NCBI GenBank assembly: GCA_919901555.1
Contig: CAKKPG010000012.1
Coordinates: forward strand, 10,654 to 74,653
DNA from: Nitrospiria bacterium
Lineage (GTDB): Bacteria; Nitrospirota; UBA9217
Direction: 5' to 3'
Length of the DNA stretch: 64,000 bases
A model generated the notes under the pieces. That model did no database searches, had not been told where the DNA came from, and saw nothing but the letters and a program-made list of their open reading frames with translations. A program made the position numbers and the translations under genes. Of this stretch, positions 1 to 12,300 are shown one piece after another. Numbering within the stretch: the first letter of the stretch is position 1; each line of letters starts with the position of its first letter.

Positions 1-6
1 ACGGCA

Positions 7-546
7 TCAACGTTGACTCTCTTCTCCCCCGCGTATGAGTGCGCTTTCGTTCAAGGGGAGCAGATTGTGCCGCCGCGCGGGCAAAACCTGTTTGAGGGCA
101 GCGAGAACCGATTCGAGAGAGACGACGCCGGTCTTTTTAAGGAACGCCCCGAGCATCACCATATTCGCAATGCGGATGTCGCCGATTGTTTCGGCGATGT
201 CGTTGGCCTTTACTTCGATCCTGGCAATGTCGTCGCGCGTTGGCGGTTCATGGACGAGAGAAGTATTCAGGAAAAGCCGGCCTCCCGGCTTGATCCGCTT
301 CTCGAACTTTTTGAAGGACGCCTCGTTGAAAATGAGCATGGCCGACGGGTTTTGCACCACCGGAGAGCCGACCTCCTCGTCGGAGATGATGACCGTGCAG
401 TTCGCGGTCCCGCCGCGGATCTCCGCGCCGTAGGAAGGGAACCACGTTACGCGCTTGCCTTCGAGCATGCCTGCATAAGCGAGGAGCTTGCCCGCGAGGA
501 GCACCCCCTGCCCGCCGAAACCCGCTATCATCACGTCCTGATACAT
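7..546 (-). CDS. 2-oxoacid:ferredoxin oxidoreductase gamma subunit (KorC/OorC/PorG-like)
   Basis: Minus-strand ORF. The likely true start is the ATG at 546, preceded by a GGAGG Shine-Dalgarno sequence. The protein begins MYQDVMIAGFGGQGVLLAG...SYGAEIRGG, the conserved gamma-subunit signature. The stop is at 7-9. Confidence 0.8.
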   Translation of the reverse strand: MYQDVMIAGFGGQGVLLAGKLLAYAGMLEGKRVTWFPSYGAEIRGGTANCTVIISDEEVGSPVVQNPSAMLIFNEASFKKFEKRIKPGGRLFLNTSLVHEPPTRDDIARIEVKANDIAETIGDIRIANMVMLGAFLKKTGVVSLESVLAALKQVLPARRHNLLPLNESALIRGGEESQR

Positions 547-582
547 AATCCTCCCCGTCTGCTGTCTACTACCTAACCCGGA

Positions 583-660
583 CAAGCCGGAATTGTAAAA
601 TGCAAATTGAAAATTGAAAATTGCAAAATTGCGGTAAAAATAAAAAAATTGAAGAAATAT
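583..660. repeat. Intergenic CAAAATGC/GAAAATTG-unit repeat with a palindrome (beta-gamma spacer)
   Basis: aaatgcaaattgaaaattgaaaattgcaaaattgcgg followed by the palindrome gaagaaatattcttc. Confidence 0.5.
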
Positions 661-696
661 TCTTCCCATTTTGAGAAGAATTTGATTTGTAACTGA

Positions 697-1437
<741 letters not shown>

Positions 1438-1449
1438 GTCTTCTCACCC

Positions 1450-1700
1450 CGGACTAATCCTTCAGTTACGGGGATAAATGAGCAGGGGGTAGCAGCCCTT
1501 GAGCGATAGACGCGCTTTTCAGTGCCCCGCAGATCATGGTAAAACCACGTATCCCAAAGCAGGCACGTGCGAAGCGTACGTGCTGCGGGGACAGGACGGA
1601 TATCCTTGTGCAGCCATTGCCCAATGTGCACGCTTGCGCGGCAGAGCGAAAGGGCTGCTGCCCCCGTAACTGAAGCATTACTCCCCGTATAAAAATCCCC
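1450..1700. other. Structured non-coding region with nested inverted repeats between tRNA-Phe and the oxidoreductase beta gene
   Basis: cttcagttacgggg...gcagccctt (about 1459-1500) is complementary to aagggctgctgcccccgtaactgaag (about 1652-1679). Inside lie ccccgcag...ctgcgggg and the palindromic gcacgtgc. No convincing ORF. Confidence 0.4.
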
Positions 1701-1759
1701 TTGACAATCAACCCTCCACTCTGTTATCTTATCGACCTGTCAAGCCCGCGGCGCGCCAT

Positions 1760-1835
1760 GCCGAGGTAGCTCAGTTGGTAGAGCAGAGGCCTGAAAAGCC
1801 TCGTGTCCGCAGTTCGATTCTGCGCCTCGGCACCA
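1760..1835 (+). tRNA. tRNA-Phe (anticodon GAA)
   Basis: GCCGAGGTAGCTCAGTTGGTAGAGC...CTGAAAA...GGTTCGATTCTGCGCCTCGGCACCA. The 7-bp acceptor stem GCCGAGG pairs with CCTCGGC. The GAA anticodon sits in a CTGAAAA loop. T-loop GTTCGATTC and an encoded CCA are present. Confidence 0.9.
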
Positions 1836-1966
1836 TTTCTTACAACCCTTTTTCAGCCACGAATTAACACGAATCTTCACGAAAAATCAAAAGCAAAATT
1901 CGTTATTTTAAAGATTCTTTTTTTAATTCGTGTCAATTGGTGAAAATTCGCGGCAAAACTAATCAA

Positions 1967-3364
1967 TCAACCCTTATCGAACAATCCCAGCTGCGCGATC
2001 ATCTCGTCCGGGAACGGCACGGGATACTCGCCGTCGAAGCAGGCCACGCAATAGTTCAAGGGGCGCTGCACCACCTTCTGCACCCCCTCAAGGCTGAGGT
2101 AGCCGATGGTGTCCGCGGTGATGTACTTTCTGATCTCTTCGATGCTGTGTGTCGAAGCGATAAGCTCCTGACGCGTGGGCGTATCGATGCCGTAAAAACA
2201 GGGATACACGGTCGGCGGCGAACTGATGCGCATGTGGATCTCCGTCGCGCCCGCGTTCCGGATCATCTTGATGATCTTCTTGCTCGTCGTGCCGCGGACA
2301 ATGGAGTCGTCTACGATGATCACCCGCTTTCCCTTGAGGGCGTCCCGCACCGGGTTGAGCTTGATCTTGACGCCGAAGTGTCTGATGCTCTGGCGCGGCT
2401 CGATGAAGGTGCGGCCCACGTAGTGGTTTCTTATCAGACCTGTGTCAAAGGGGATGCCCGATTCCTCCGCGTACCCGAGGGCCGCGGGCAGACCGGAATC
2501 GGGTACGGGAATCACCACGTCCGCCTCCACTCCGGCCTCACGGGCCAGCTGCTTGCCGAATTCCTTCCGGATGGTGTAGACGTTCTGGCCGAACACCATG
2601 CTGTCGGGCCGGGCAAAGTAGATGAATTCGAAGATGCAGTGGGAGGGTTCTGCGCGGGTAAAGGGAAAGGACGAACGGAGCCCCTTATCGTTGATGACCA
2701 CCATTTCTCCCGGTTCAATTTCCCGTATATAGGTCGCCTCGATCAGATCGAAGGCGCATGTCTCCGACGCGAAAACATAGGCCCCATCGAGCTCGCCGAG
2801 CACAAGCGGCCTGAATCCGTGGGGGTCCCGCACCCCGATCAGCTCATCCTCCGTAATAAGGAGCAGGCTGTACGAACCCTGTACATGGCCCAGGGCGTCC
2901 ACGATCCGGTCGTGAATGTTGGCCATCCGTGACTGGGCGATGAGATGGATGATCACTTCGCTGTCCATGGTGGACTGGAAAATGGAGCCGTAGGCCTCGA
3001 GCTCGTCCTTGAGGATGCCGGCGTTCACCAGGTTCCCGTTGTGCGCGATAGCCAGGCCGCCCAGGGCGAAATTCACGCGGATCGGCTGGATGTTCATGCT
3101 CGTGCTCTCGCCGGTGGTGGAATAGCGGTTGTGGCCGATGGCAAGGTGCCCGGGGAGCTTCTTGATCCGTTCTTCGTCGAAGATGTCGGCCACGAGGCCC
3201 ATGGACTTCTCGCTGTACAGCACCTTGCCGTCCGACGATACGATCCCCGCCGACTCCTGGCCCCGGTGCTGGAGGGCATAGAGCCCCAGGTAGGTCAGGT
3301 TGGAAGCGTCGGGATGACCGTAGACCCCGAATACACCGCACTCTTCATGGAACTTGTCAAACAT
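1967..3364 (-). CDS. purF: Amidophosphoribosyltransferase with a short N-terminal propeptide before the catalytic Cys
   Basis: 465 aa. [16 protein letters not shown] (N-terminal nucleophile Cys after the propeptide), the PRTase motif [13 protein letters not shown], and a C-terminal Cys cluster for an Fe-S centre. Confidence 0.9.
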   Translation of the reverse strand: MFDKFHEECGVFGVYGHPDASNLTYLGLYALQHRGQESAGIVSSDGKVLYSEKSMGLVADIFDEERIKKLPGHLAIGHNRYSTTGESTSMNIQPIRVNFALGGLAIAHNGNLVNAGILKDELEAYGSIFQSTMDSEVIIHLIAQSRMANIHDRIVDALGHVQGSYSLLLITEDELIGVRDPHGFRPLVLGELDGAYVFASETCAFDLIEATYIREIEPGEMVVINDKGLRSSFPFTRAEPSHCIFEFIYFARPDSMVFGQNVYTIRKEFGKQLAREAGVEADVVIPVPDSGLPAALGYAEESGIPFDTGLIRNHYVGRTFIEPRQSIRHFGVKIKLNPVRDALKGKRVIIVDDSIVRGTTSKKIIKMIRNAGATEIHMRISSPPTVYPCFYGIDTPTRQELIASTHSIEEIRKYITADTIGYLSLEGVQKVVQRPLNYCVACFDGEYPVPFPDEMIAQLGLFDKG

Positions 3365-3404
3365 AATCCATACCAGCTTCCTCTTTCACCACGAAGACAC
3401 GAAG

Positions 3405-3535
3405 TCCGGCGAATGCAAAATGCAGAGTGCAAAATGCAAAAGTCAAAATGAATGAAGGAATAGAAATCATGGCCGAAGGCCATACCGTAATTTTGCAATT
3501 TGCATTTTGCAATTTGACTTTTGCATTGCTTTCCT
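3405..3535. repeat. Intergenic hairpin repeat built from CAAAATGC units (purB-purF spacer)
   Basis: gcaaaatgcagagtgcaaaatgcaaaagtcaaaatg faces its near-complement attttgcaatttgcattttgcaatttgacttttgcattgc. The loop contains the nested palindrome atggccgaaggccat. Confidence 0.6.
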
Positions 3536-3541
3536 TGTGTC

Positions 3542-4870
3542 TTAGTGCCTTGGTGCCTTCGTGGTGATATTTGTCCTTTTATTAAAAACCCTCTTGAAAA
3601 TGTAATCCACCTTCTTGAGCGTGTGCGACAGATCAAAGCAGGCGTCGATCTCCCGGTCCGTGAGCTGCTCCCCGATGACCCGATCGAGCTTCAGGCGCTC
3701 TTTGAAGTCGCCGCCGTGCTTCCAGATGTGCATCGCGTTCCGCTGCACGGCGGCGTAGGCGGTCTCGCGTTGCAGGCCTTTTCCCACCAGCGCCAGCATG
3801 ACCGCCTCCGAATGGAAGAGCCCCCGCGATATCTCCATGTTGCGCTTCATGTTCTCCGGGTAGACAAAGAGCCTGTCCACGAGGCTGGTGAACCGCGCAA
3901 GCATGTAGTCGATGAGGATGGTGCTGTCGGGGACGATGATCCGCTCTACCGAGGAATGGCTGATGTCCCGCTCGTGCCACAGGGCCACGTTCTCCATGGC
4001 CGCGAAGGCGTTCGCACGCACCACCCGCGCGAGGCCGGTGAGGTTCTCGGCGGAGATGGGGTTGCGCTTGTGCGGCATGGCCGATGAGCCCTTCTGGCCT
4101 TCGGAGAAATACTCCTCCGCTTCGAGCACCTCCGTCCGCTGGAGATGGCGGAGCTCGACGGAGAATTTTTCAAGGGATGATGCAATGAGGGCGAGCGTTG
4201 TCAGGAACTCGGCGTGGCGGTCACGCTGCACCACCTGGGTCGCCACGGGCTCGGGCTCGAGCCCGAGCTTCCGGCAGACATAGCGCTCCACGAAGGGGTC
4301 GATGTTCGCAAAAGTCCCCACCGCGCCGGACACCTTGCCCACGCTGATCACGTCCCTGGCGCGCAGCATGCGCTCCAGCGCCCTGTTCATCTCCTCGTAC
4401 CAGAGCGCCATCTTGAGACCGAACGTGACCGGCTCCGCATGCACCCCATGGGAGCGGCCGATCATGACGGTATCTTTGTATCGGCGCGCCTTTTTCCTGA
4501 GTACGCCCAGGAGGAGGCGGATGTCCTTGATGATGATGTCGGCGGCCCGGCGCATGAGGGCGGCCAGCGCCGTATCGAGGACGTCGGACGACGTGAGCCC
4601 CAGGTGGATGTAGCGCGAATCGGGGCCCACCTTTTCATTGACCGCCGTGAGAAAAGCGATGACGTCGTGCTTCACGGTCTTTTCGAGCTCATCGATCCGC
4701 TTGACGTTGAAGTCCGCTTTTTTTCTGATCGTCGCGAGGGCCCGGGCAGGGATCAAGCCCAGGCGGGCATTCGCCTCGCACGCGAGAATTTCGACCTCGA
4801 GCCATGTCCGGTACCTGTTTTCAGGTTCCCAGAGGCCGGCCATCTCCGGCCTGCTGTACCGAGAAATCAT
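3542..4870 (-). CDS. purB: Adenylosuccinate lyase
   Basis: Start taken at [10 protein letters not shown], the ATG at 4870 with a GGGAGG SD. The ORF track extends to 4963 without support. Body shows conserved fumarate-lyase signatures. Confidence 0.9.
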   Translation of the reverse strand: MISRYSRPEMAGLWEPENRYRTWLEVEILACEANARLGLIPARALATIRKKADFNVKRIDELEKTVKHDVIAFLTAVNEKVGPDSRYIHLGLTSSDVLDTALAALMRRAADIIIKDIRLLLGVLRKKARRYKDTVMIGRSHGVHAEPVTFGLKMALWYEEMNRALERMLRARDVISVGKVSGAVGTFANIDPFVERYVCRKLGLEPEPVATQVVQRDRHAEFLTTLALIASSLEKFSVELRHLQRTEVLEAEEYFSEGQKGSSAMPHKRNPISAENLTGLARVVRANAFAAMENVALWHERDISHSSVERIIVPDSTILIDYMLARFTSLVDRLFVYPENMKRNMEISRGLFHSEAVMLALVGKGLQRETAYAAVQRNAMHIWKHGGDFKERLKLDRVIGEQLTDREIDACFDLSHTLKKVDYIFKRVFNKRTNITTKAPRH

Positions 4871-4898
4871 CGGGACCTCCCAGGTTCTCTCTGTGCTG

Positions 4899-5387
4899 TT
4901 ATCGTGCCGCCAGTTTCGATACCTTTTCGTATGAAGCGGCATCGGACACGAGCAGGGCGACATCCAGCGCCTGCGTTCCGGCCCCGTCCTGCAAACCGTT
5001 CCGCAGTGCCCGGATGCTCGCTGCGGGCTCCAGTCCGGCCGCGGGGAAGTATTCGAGCGCGGCGTTGGTAATGCCGGCGCCGACTGCGCTCGCCGCGGCC
5101 GTCCGGGCGACGCTTCGCAGCAACGCCGGCGAAAGCTCCTGCCGGCGGCCGAGGCCTATCATGAAGATCTTCCGTGCGGGGATTTTATTCTTCGAAGTCA
5201 GGAGGGCGACATCTCCCAGAGAGCCGCGGAGCTTGCCGCCGGCGATTAGGTCCGAAAGCGCGCCGCAGAGCAGCCAGTCGAGCTCGCCCGCAAGCCCTTT
5301 GAGCGGCCTTACATCCTCAAAAAAGCCGACGATCACGGCCTCGGTCTCGAGTTTCCTGATGTCTTGTAAGAGTACTTTCAAAACCAA
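4899..5387 (-). CDS. Stand-alone domain resembling the N-terminal domain of M17 leucyl aminopeptidase (PepA-N-like), no catalytic domain
   Basis: 162 aa. The pattern EAVIVGFFED...LD..L.GALSDLI..GKLRGSLGDVALL...KIFMIGLGRRQEL aligns with the PepA N-terminal domain (ACIVVGVFE...LDK.SDGYISALL.RGELEGKPGQTLLL...RILLIGCGKEREL). It is tightly packed between nusB and purB. Confidence 0.5.
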   Translation of the reverse strand: MVLKVLLQDIRKLETEAVIVGFFEDVRPLKGLAGELDWLLCGALSDLIAGGKLRGSLGDVALLTSKNKIPARKIFMIGLGRRQELSPALLRSVARTAAASAVGAGITNAALEYFPAAGLEPAASIRALRNGLQDGAGTQALDVALLVSDAASYEKVSKLAAR

Positions 5388-5405
5388 ACCGGGCCTCTCT
5401 GTCCG

Positions 5406-5837
5406 CTAATCTTCAACGTGCCTCTCGTCCAGCTTCCCCGTCATCCGCGCCGCGCTGTCAAGAATGCCGTTCACGAACGATCCCGACTCGTCGGAGCCGT
5501 ATTTCTTCGCGATCTCGATGGCCTCGTTGATGGTCACGCTCGTGGGAATATCCATCCGGTAGAGGATCTCGTACACCGCCATGCGGAGCACATTGCGATC
5601 GACCGTGGCCATACGGTCGAGAGTCCAGTTCTTTGCGGACGCTCGAATGATCTCGTCGATCTTCTTGAGATGCTTATAGGAGCCCTTCACGAGCTCTTCG
5701 GCGAAGGCTTTTGCTTCATCGTCGGGCGTGTGGCCGGCCCAGAAATGTTTGAAGACCGCGGCCGACGGTTTTTCTTTCCTGATATCGAGTTGGAACAGTA
5801 TCTGGAGCGCATATTCCCGAGCCTTGCGTCTCTTCAT
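5406..5837 (-). CDS. nusB: Transcription antitermination factor NusB
   Basis: 143 aa starting MKRRKAREYALQILFQLD. Classic position downstream of ribH. Confidence 0.85.
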   Translation of the reverse strand: MKRRKAREYALQILFQLDIRKEKPSAAVFKHFWAGHTPDDEAKAFAEELVKGSYKHLKKIDEIIRASAKNWTLDRMATVDRNVLRMAVYEILYRMDIPTSVTINEAIEIAKKYGSDESGSFVNGILDSAARMTGKLDERHVED

Positions 5838-5875
5838 ACCCTACCGTCTGTCCGCCGCGCATCCCCGGGCGTTCA

Positions 5876-6346
5876 TCACTGCGAAATCTGCCTCATGAGG
5901 TTCGCCATTTCTATGGCGGAGAGGGCCGCGTCCCACCCCTTGTTGCCGCTCTTGGTCCCTGCCCGTTCGATCGCCTGCTCGATGGTGTCCGTGGTCAGCA
6001 CGCCGAATATCACCGGAAGGCCCGATTCCATGGACACGGAGGCCACGCCCTTGCTCACCTCGGCGCTCACGTACTCGAAGTGCGGAGTGGCGCCGCGGAT
6101 CACGGCGCCGAGGCAGATGAGCGCGTTATATTTCTTGGACTGCGCCAGGACCCTGGCCGCAAGGGGGATCTCGAAGGAGCCGGGAACTTTGATGACCTCA
6201 ATGTCGGTTTCCGCCGCGCCGTGCCGCATGAGGGCGTCCATGGCGCCATCGAGGAGCCTGGCGGTGATGAAATCGTTGAACCGCGCGGCGATTATTCCGA
6301 ACTTGAGCCCTTTGGCAGTCAAATCTCCCTGGATCACTTTTGGCAT
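5876..6346 (-). CDS. ribH: 6,7-dimethyl-8-ribityllumazine synthase
   Basis: 156 aa. [19 protein letters not shown]...VPGSFEIP...HFEYV, typical lumazine synthase. Confidence 0.9.
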   Translation of the reverse strand: MPKVIQGDLTAKGLKFGIIAARFNDFITARLLDGAMDALMRHGAAETDIEVIKVPGSFEIPLAARVLAQSKKYNALICLGAVIRGATPHFEYVSAEVSKGVASVSMESGLPVIFGVLTTDTIEQAIERAGTKSGNKGWDAALSAIEMANLMRQISQ

Positions 6347-6356
6347 CTACTCCTCC

Positions 6357-6438
6357 TTCGGAGAAATGGAAATTGAAGATTGCAAAGTGCAAAAGTCAAA
6401 ATGGACAACTCCGTTCATTTTGCATTTTGCACTTTGAA

Positions 6439-6440
<2 letters not shown>
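6357..6440. repeat. Intergenic CAAAATGC-unit hairpin repeat (ribBA-ribH spacer)
   Basis: attgcaaagtgcaaaagtcaaaatg...cattttgcattttgcactttgaat forms an imperfect hairpin of the same family as at 583-660 and 3405-3535. Confidence 0.6.
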
Positions 6441-7644
<1,204 letters not shown>

Positions 7645-7699
7645 TTCTACACCACCTCATTCTGGTTCAAATTCCGCAATCCGCATTCCGCAATGCGTC

Positions 7700-8338
7700 T
7701 CACGCAAATCCCGTCTTCTTCAAGAGCTCCAGGTTTACGCCCTCTTCCATCCTCCCGGACAGAAGTTTCTCCACATACTTGCCGATAATATCGGTCTCCA
7801 GGTTCACGCTGTCGCCGGGAGACTTGAGCCCCAGCGTCGTCAGCCTGGCCGTATGGGGGATCATGGCGATGGAGAACCCCGACTTCTCCACGTCGGCCAC
7901 GGTCAGGCTGATGCCGTCTACGGCGATGGAGCCTTTTTTTATGATGTACCGGAGCGCCTGTTCCGGCGCCTCGATGACCACGCGCCAGGAATTGCCTTCC
8001 TGCCGCCTCTCGCGGATGCGGCCCACGGCGTCCACGTGGCCGGTGACCAGGTGGCCGCCGATCTTCGCCGAGAGCCGGAGCGCGCGTTCCAGGTTCACTT
8101 TCTCGCCGACCTTGAGTTCACCCAGGTTGGTCACTTTCAATGTTTCAAAAGCCACGTCCGCCGAGAACTCCGACCTTCCCATGTCCACCACGGTAAGACA
8201 GACGCCGTTGACGCAGATACTGTCACCCGGAACGGCGCCGTCAAGCACCAGGGAAGCCGATAGGGTGAGACGCGCCCCGCTTGCCTCCCGCCGGAGCGCC
8301 TTCACCACGCCCAGCTCTTCTATTATTCCCGTGAACAT
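7700..8338 (-). CDS. ribE: Riboflavin synthase (alpha chain)
   Basis: 212 aa starting [10 protein letters not shown]. It has internal duplicated lumazine-binding halves ([13 protein letters not shown] / GDSVNLE). Confidence 0.85.
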   Translation of the reverse strand: MFTGIIEELGVVKALRREASGARLTLSASLVLDGAVPGDSICVNGVCLTVVDMGRSEFSADVAFETLKVTNLGELKVGEKVNLERALRLSAKIGGHLVTGHVDAVGRIRERRQEGNSWRVVIEAPEQALRYIIKKGSIAVDGISLTVADVEKSGFSIAMIPHTARLTTLGLKSPGDSVNLETDIIGKYVEKLLSGRMEEGVNLELLKKTGFA

Positions 8339-8344
8339 CAGGCC

Positions 8345-9052
8345 CTACTTGGTGAAGAGCGGCAGAAGCACGATCTCGATCCTGCGGTTTTTCCGCCTCC
8401 CCTTTTCCGTGTCATTGGAACCCACGGGCTGGAATTCCGAATACCCGGTGGCAGAGAGCAGTTTCGCATCGATCCCGCCGGCCTCCTGAAGATGCCTCAC
8501 CACCTCCGTGGCCCGGGCCGTCGAGAGCTCCCAGTTCGTGGGGAACCGTTTTTTGAGGGAACTCACGATGGGTACGTTGTCCGTGTGGCCCTCCACCTGG
8601 ATCCGCTTGTCCTTCACGTCCTTGAGGATGGTGATCACCTTGTCGAGCACCTCTTTTCCCTTTTTGCTGATCTCGGCGCTGCCCGACGGGAAGATGATCT
8701 TGTCCACCATGGTCACGGTGAGCCGGTTCTTCATCTCCGTGATCTCGATCTGACCTTCCTTGATCTCCTTCTCCAGTTTCTTCGCGAGATCCTGGTACGT
8801 CTGCGTGGCCTTTTCAAGCTGCTCCGCCTTCTCGGCCTTCGGTGACAGCTCGTCCACCTTGGTCTGAAGGGTGTCCTTCTCCTTCTTGAGCGCCTCCACA
8901 TCATCGCTCAGTTTCTTTATCTGGCCTTCCAGGTCCGATTTCTGCACGGCGAGGGCGTCCACTTCCTTGGCCTTGAGGTCGTACTTCACGGCCGACACGC
9001 ACCCCGATAACAACAATAAGGCAAACAGCGGAAAAACAAGTGCTTTTCTCAT
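8345..9052 (-). CDS. OmpA/MotB-family lipoprotein with a coiled-coil N-terminal region
   Basis: Lipoprotein signal LLLLSGC. K/E-rich coiled coil. C-terminal OmpA-like domain (VEGHTDN...NWELSTARA...NRRIEIVL). Its stop is 7 nt upstream of the ribE start. Confidence 0.8.
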   Translation of the reverse strand: MRKALVFPLFALLLLSGCVSAVKYDLKAKEVDALAVQKSDLEGQIKKLSDDVEALKKEKDTLQTKVDELSPKAEKAEQLEKATQTYQDLAKKLEKEIKEGQIEITEMKNRLTVTMVDKIIFPSGSAEISKKGKEVLDKVITILKDVKDKRIQVEGHTDNVPIVSSLKKRFPTNWELSTARATEVVRHLQEAGGIDAKLLSATGYSEFQPVGSNDTEKGRRKNRRIEIVLLPLFTK

Positions 9053-9103
9053 AATTATCCTCCCTATTATTGCAGGTTTGAATTGATGCTGATAAGCAGG
9101 GTT

Positions 9104-9132
9104 ATAATAACTTCAGCGGGATATATTGTCAA
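9104..9132 (-). promoter_or_regulatory. Sigma-70-like promoter for the OmpA-family gene (TTGACA-17 nt-TATTAT on the minus strand)
   Basis: The reverse complement reads ttgacaatatatcccgctgaagttattat. Perfect -35, 17-nt spacer and a 5/6 -10, about 50 nt upstream of the ATG at 9052. Confidence 0.5.
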
Positions 9133-9357
9133 GAATATTGTACTGCGGGGCCGTCGTTGGAAAGGAGAAAAAACACTCGGTCCGCCTCACGCGCTCATGC
9201 GGAGGGGACCGGGCTGAAGAAAATGCCTCCGATTGATGTAGCGTCGGGGTTTATCCCCGACGAACTGCCGTTGCCCGTCAAGGGCAGCGCCACAGTACGC
9301 ATTCGCGCCATTCGAAGAATTTGTGTAACTCGCGTTCAAAGGCTTTCGGGGTTCGTT

Positions 9358-12300
9358 TTATTCGGGTCCATATTCCATCCAATACCACTCCGCCTCCCGG
9401 AACTCAAGGATGCCGTCCAGCATCAGTCTGACGCCGGAGGCATCGGCGCTCGTAATCTGAAACAGGGAATTCACGGCCTTGAGGAGGTCATGGATGTTTT
9501 TTACGATGTCCTCTTCGGAGCTTGCCGTTCTGTCGCGGACTTTCCGCACATATTTTGCCGCATGGTCGAGCTTTTTCCTGTCCTTGCCGGCAGCTGAAAA
9601 AGCGTCAATGGCGGAGAGGAGATCAGCGGTCATTGCTGCGCTGTCTTTGCCTGCCGTGACGACCGCATCGAGATTCTGATACGGGACGTATGTCCCGTTC
9701 TCAACGTAACTCACCTCGGTCGAGAGCGTGTATGCTCCTTCTGCATCCGGCGTGAGGACGTAGGAGAGGATCGTCTTTGTCTCTCCTGGTTCGAGGTGGA
9801 TGTTTATGACCCACGGGTTGTCTGTTATCCATGCCTTTGTCGTCGAGTCGTAGGGCTTTACCCCTGCCGGATACGTCTCGGTCAGCCTGAGATCGGAGGC
9901 GGCGCCGAGGCTCTTGGCCTGTATCTCCACCGGAACGAGCTGATTCGGGTGGAAGGCGGTCGTATCCGGCGGCCTGTGGATGAATTCTAATGAATGTTTG
10001 ACTAAGGCTGTGAATCCGATGGTGTTTTCGCTGCCTGCCACGAGGTCGAAGGCGAAGTACAGGGCCTTGCCGTTGCCGTACTCACGCTTGATGATTGCCG
10101 GGTACTGCACCGGTTCTTTGTGCGTGGTCGCCGTAATCCATCCTATGGCGGTTTCCGGATCGGCTTCCTTGATCTTCATCACCCTGCCGAAAGACTGGAA
10201 GCTGCCCTGGATGCCGAGGTCGCTCTTAAGGATATCCACAGGATAGTTCCCTTCCGGAAGGCGGCCGTCCACCTTCATGCCGAAAAGTTCTCTCTCGATG
10301 TGCTCATGGCGGTAGCGTGAGAGGATGAGGCCCTTTCCTGCGTAGACCTGCTCCCTTAGTTCCTCGTCAAAGTGGTCTTCGAGATGATGCTGGTCGCCTA
10401 AGATCATGAAGTCCGTGTAGTATGGATTTCTCATCTCGGCCTGGAAGTCTTTTTTGTCGTAGACGATGCGGTAGTCTGTCACCGCCTCACGCAGAGCTTT
10501 CTCGAGTAGATCAACCCTCACACATTCTGCCTCGGGCAAATCCCCCCTCGCCCCCCTTTCATAAAGGGGGGTTGGGGGGATTTTCTTAGCATCTGCATCA
10601 TTCGCGTCCATTCGGGTCAATTCGCGGCTGAATTTGTTTTTCTCTGTGTCCTCTGCGTTCTCTGTGGCAAAGGGGTTTACATTTGCGTCGATTGGCGTCA
10701 ATTCGCGGCTGCCCTCTTCGCCTTCCATTTTTTGTTTTTCCCCATCTGCGTCACTCTGCGTTAATCTGCGGCCCACAGAGTCTTTTTCGCATTTCTCATT
10801 TATCCACACGAGGAGGTTCGTGACATCGGGTATTCTCTTCGTGACCTCGATCCCGGGCTTTACCTCAAAGGTCGCACTGGTTAGAGTCTTTGGCCGGGTC
10901 ATCTGGGCTGTCTGAACCTGGAGGACGGCGAGGTAGTTTTTCGGGGCAAGGCTTGAGGTCGTTATTGTTTGTGTGTTTGTGATGGTCTCTCCCCTTCTGA
11001 CTTCTGACTCCTGACTCCTGACTGCTGCCTTTGCTTCTCCGGTATCCGGATCGGCAATGACGAGTATTGCCGTGAGTCCGGCGATGTCTTCATTGCCGCT
11101 GTTCGTGACTGTGTAGGTGATCGTCTCATCCCTGCCCTGATACACGGGGTTCGGCGCTGCGGTGAGCGCGCCGGCAAGTCCCGCGCCGGTTGCGGTTGTG
11201 GACGAGAGTTCGAAGCTCGTAGTTGATGCAGAAAGGACGGCGCCGCCGGAGATGACTTCGAGCGTGACGGTGTAGGTTCCTTTCGGATTCGCGGCGGTGT
11301 TCCAGTAGCTCTTGAACGTGAACGAGGCCCCGGGCATGAGGGTGGTGAGGGTCTTGGTTTCCGTATATACCTGTATACCGCCTGCTGTATCCTGTCTGCT
11401 GATCGTGATTTTCGCCGTCAGGTTCTCGAAGATATAATTCCCGCTCTGGCTCGAGATCGTGGACGTGATGGCCGCTGTTTCATTCGGGTTGTAGCTGATC
11501 TTGTCCGTAACGACCTTTGCGCCGGCCCTTGTGTCGGGCAGTATCTCGAAGGAAGCGCGGTTTTCAGTCACCGGCCCCGCTCCTTGCGACAGGGTTGCAT
11601 GGACCTGATAAATCCCCGGCGCGGTTGTGCCCGTGTTCCAGGTGAACTGGAAGGTGCTCTCGGGAACACGCTCGGGACTGCCCGCAGCAAAACGAATTTC
11701 CGCCAATGCGGGTGAAGCACTTATGCCGAGGCCGGCACTCGCTATTTTTGCGATAGTGGTCTTTGGTCCGAATGTTCCATCACCGATTCCCGGGTAGAAT
11801 TCTAATGCCAGCTTGTCGTACGTGACTGCGATGATGTCCAGGTGGCCGTCGCTGTTGAAATCGCCCGCATCAAATGCAGCATGGCTGTGTGTGTTGAGTG
11901 AAGGGATGGCAACGGGGAGGTCAAACTGTCCCCCGCCCTTCCCTTTGTAAAAATTTGTTTCTCCGCTTGCTCCCGTATTGAAAATCAAATCAAGCTTTCC
12001 GTCCTCGTCGAAATCTCCAATTGCGCCGCCGTACGGATCCGTTCCGCTTGTTCCGATCTGTACCGGCGACACGAATGTGCCGTCCCCGTTACCCTGGTAA
12101 AGATAGAGTCCGCCGCCGCAGCAGGATGAGATGATCAAATCCAATTTACCATCACCAGTCACATCGGCAATCATTTTGCTTCTGAGAGCAACTGAGCCGG
12201 CCGGCGGTGTAAGGGTCGTTTTTGTGAACGTACCGTCCCCCTTGCCCTTGAACAGATACCAGGCGTTCAAGTTTACACTTGCGACGAAATCCTTGTTCCC

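Noticed and set aside
13-576. 187-aa plus-strand ORF antisense to the gamma-subunit gene. The same applies to many long antisense ORFs in the track, for example 1937..2932, 4214..5071, 5418..6437, 6340..7194, 7463..8263, 39748..40524, 41269..42234, 47378..48886, 47757..48929, 52945..53697, 55556..56365 and 58352..59515.
   Set aside because: In about 60% GC DNA the antisense frames of real genes are frequently open. All of these overlap genes with strong family signatures on the other strand. Their products are low-complexity R/P/G-rich sequences with no recognisable motifs.
1838-1966. Intrinsic terminators after tRNA-Phe or purF
   Set aside because: Only distant inverted repeats (cacgaattaa ... 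ttaattcgtg, about 57 nt apart) are present. No GC-rich stem plus U-tract could be identified with confidence.
3405-3535. Possible CRISPR array suggested by the repeated tgcaaaatgcaaaag units here and at 583-660, 6357-6440 and 38160-38280
   Set aside because: The units are short (8-15 nt), irregular and lack unique spacers of constant length. There are no cas genes. They form hairpins instead. They were classed as intergenic simple or hairpin repeats.
9053-9357. FMN riboswitch (RFN element) expected upstream of a rib operon
   Set aside because: The rib genes here (ribE-ribBA-ribH-nusB) follow the OmpA-like gene with a 7-nt gap. ribD and any leader must lie elsewhere. The 9053-9357 spacer shows no RFN core motifs.
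9157-9597. 146-aa plus-strand ORF spanning the 3' end of the giant gene
   Set aside because: It overlaps the well-supported giant-protein stop region on the opposite strand and has no motif or SD.
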